IMG/VR virus record: IMGVR_UViG_2778261641_000002
Coordinates: 1 to 7,271 of that record
Length of the DNA stretch: 7,271 nucleotides
Origin: a virus
Taxonomy: Duplodnaviria; Heunggongvirae; Uroviricota; Caudoviricetes
Direction: 5' to 3' (one strand)
Part shown: positions 6,019 to 7,271 of the stretch, one piece after another
How positions within the stretch are numbered: position 1 is the stretch's first letter
Layout: every line of letters starts with the position of its first letter
The notes under the pieces: generated by a model
What the model saw: only the letters and a program-made list of their open reading frames with translations
Told to the model about the DNA's origin: nothing
Database searches by the model: none
Made by a program: the position numbers and the translations under genes

Positions 6019-6103
6019 TTCTTAAGATTTCCAGTAGTGAATGGTTAGTTGAAAGGTATGCGTGGAAACGCATATGGCCTTAGTTGGTCAGATATCTTGG
6101 GAC

Positions 6104-6149
6104 TCGCTTTGTCAGCGACGTAGGACGAATGTCCATTGTGAAAATAGCG
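6104..6149 (-). promoter_or_regulatory. Candidate nutR-like site (boxA-like plus boxB-like hairpin) between cro and cII
   Basis: The minus-strand transcript reads CCGCUAUUUUCACAAUGGACAUUCGUCCUACG-UCGCU-GACAA-AGCGA. CGCUAUUUU resembles boxA (CGCUCUUA); UCGCU-GACAA-AGCGA is a 5-bp stem with a purine-rich pentaloop like lambda boxB (GCCCU-GAAAA-AGGGC). The position, directly 3' of cro, matches lambda nutR. The boxA-boxB spacing (about 22 nt) is longer than in lambda. Confidence 0.25.
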
Positions 6150-6156
6150 GTGTTAC

Positions 6157-6384
6157 TTATGCAGCCAGAAGGTTCTTTTTGCTTATTTCAAGCATTTCGC
6201 TTGCTTGATATTTGCCACCAGAAATCTCTTCGATTTTTGATGCGTATTTCGTTTTCCCAAAAAACTCAGTCTTAGGGAGGAAGCCGTTTTTGAGCCACTT
6301 ATAGACAGCCCTTTCGCTAACTCCACAAGCCTTCGCAACTTCAGGGATGCCGACACCTTTAATCGGCTCATCAAGATTTTGCAT
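6157..6384 (-). CDS. cro: Cro-like helix-turn-helix repressor, 75 aa from the ATG at 6384
   Basis: Protein MQNLDEPIKGVGIPEVAKACGVSERAVYKWLKNGFLPK... has a clear helix-turn-helix (IPEVAKACGVSERAVYKWLKNG). It is transcribed divergently from cI across a 78-bp operator region. AAGGA lies 7-8 nt upstream of the 6384 ATG; the ORF-track start at 6417 has no ribosome-binding site. Confidence 0.7.
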   Translation of the reverse strand: MQNLDEPIKGVGIPEVAKACGVSERAVYKWLKNGFLPKTEFFGKTKYASKIEEISGGKYQASEMLEISKKNLLAA

Positions 6385-6399
6385 AGGGATATCCTTTTT

Positions 6400-6461
6400 C
6401 GTACTTTCAGTACGCATTATGATTGAACTGAAAGTTTTTGCAAGTGCTTTAGTATCGTACT
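6400..6461. promoter_or_regulatory. Divergent immunity-region control region: three candidate operators plus pR (for cro) and pRM-like (for cI) promoter elements
   Basis: Inverted-repeat sites: CGTACtttcaGTACG (6400-6414), AACTGAAAGTT (6426-6436, which shares ACTTTCAGT in opposite orientation with the first), and AGTAtcgTACT (6451-6461, which shares CGTACT). Minus-strand pR candidate: -35 TTGCAA (6438-6443), 16-bp spacer, -10 CATAAT (6416-6421). Plus-strand TAGTAT (6450-6455) ends 7 nt before the cI ATG, and there is no Shine-Dalgarno sequence. Confidence 0.4.
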
Positions 6462-6462
6462 C

Positions 6463-7170
6463 ATGGTTCAGAATGAAAAAGTGCGCAAAGAATTCGCCCA
6501 GCGGCTAGCGCAAGCCTGTAAAGAAGCTGGTCTTGATGAACATGGTAGGGGAATGGCTATAGCCCGTGCCCTTTCTCTTTCGTCCAAAGGCGTTAGCAAA
6601 TGGTTTAATGCTGAGTCTTTACCGCGTCAGGAAAAAATGAATGCGCTTGCGAAATTTCTAAACGTTGATGTTGTTTGGCTTCAGCACGGCACTTCGTTAA
6701 ATGGAGCGAATGATGAAGATACTCTTTCATTTGTTGGCAAATTAAAAAAAGGGTTAGTGCGCGTGGTTGGTGAGGCAATTCTTGGTGTTGATGGTGCCAT
6801 CGAGATGACCGAAGAGCGCGATGGGTGGCTCAAGATTTATAGCGATGATCCAGATGCCTTTGGTCTTCGTGTGAAAGGAGACAGCATGTGGCCTAGAATA
6901 AAATCAGGAGAATATGTACTCATTGAGCCTAACACCAAAGTATTCCCGGGTGATGAGGTGTTTGTCAGAACCGTTGAAGGACACAACATGATCAAAGTTC
7001 TTGGCTATGACAGAGACGGAGAATACCAGTTTACAAGCATCAACCAGGACCATAGGCCAATAACGTTGCCTTATCATCAAGTAGCAAAGGTGGAGTATGT
7101 GGCTGGTATTCTGAAGCAATCTCGCCATCTGGATGACATCGAGGCAAGGGAGTGGCTGAAAAGTTCGTGA
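6463..7170 (+). CDS. cI: cI-type prophage repressor (N-terminal helix-turn-helix plus C-terminal LexA/S24-like autopeptidase domain), 235 aa
   Basis: The N-terminus (…RALSLSSKGVSKWFNAESLPRQEKMNALAKFLNV…) looks like a helix-turn-helix DNA-binding domain. The C-terminal domain has GDSMWP (catalytic Ser) and MIKVLG with the Lys exactly 37 residues after the Ser, the same spacing as LexA Ser119/Lys156. The gene is divergent from cro. Confidence 0.9.
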   Translation: MVQNEKVRKEFAQRLAQACKEAGLDEHGRGMAIARALSLSSKGVSKWFNAESLPRQEKMNALAKFLNVDVVWLQHGTSLNGANDEDTLSFVGKLKKGLVRVVGEAILGVDGAIEMTEERDGWLKIYSDDPDAFGLRVKGDSMWPRIKSGEYVLIEPNTKVFPGDEVFVRTVEGHNMIKVLGYDRDGEYQFTSINQDHRPITLPYHQVAKVEYVAGILKQSRHLDDIEAREWLKSS

Positions 7171-7271
7171 CTTCATCGTCACATAGCTGATAGCCAGTGG
7201 CCTGAAGAGACGTTTGGGTGATAGGAAGTAAGTTTTATGTTGACGGCACAGTCAACTTGGCATAGATTAAT

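Noticed and set aside
6084-6374. ORFs (63 aa each, plus and minus) overlapping cro and its downstream region
   Set aside because: They overlap the cro gene or nut-like region in other frames; no helix-turn-helix or other signature. The ORF-track cro start at 6417 was also rejected in favour of 6384 (ribosome-binding site).
6904-7182. 92-aa minus-strand ORF antisense to the cI 3' end
   Set aside because: Antisense to the S24 peptidase domain of cI, which carries clear catalytic motifs.

Overview
This 7.3 kb window reads as a compact lambdoid (lambda/P22/phage-21-like) prophage segment from an enterobacterial-type genome, transcribed almost entirely on the minus strand. From high to low coordinates: cI repressor (+ strand) and divergent cro (-) with an operator/promoter region between them; a cII homologue; a 91-aa unknown ORF; an O-like replication initiator with an iteron origin inside the gene; a DnaB-type helicase that appears 3'-truncated; a short Q-like antiterminator fragment; a non-coding late-regulatory region; a lysis cassette (dual-start holin, SAR endolysin, Rz with embedded Rz1); a Rha-family gene; and the first 41 codons of a terminase small subunit. 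All protein calls rest on my reading of the translated ORFs and recalled family motifs, not on database searches. I see no CRISPR array, tRNA, IS element or convincing novel defence system. The most unusual points are an apparent deletion scar joining the helicase to the Q-like gene (nin region absent), an origin built from eight TGTGCGG repeats at strict 12-bp spacing, and the uncharacterised 91-aa ORF between cII and O.
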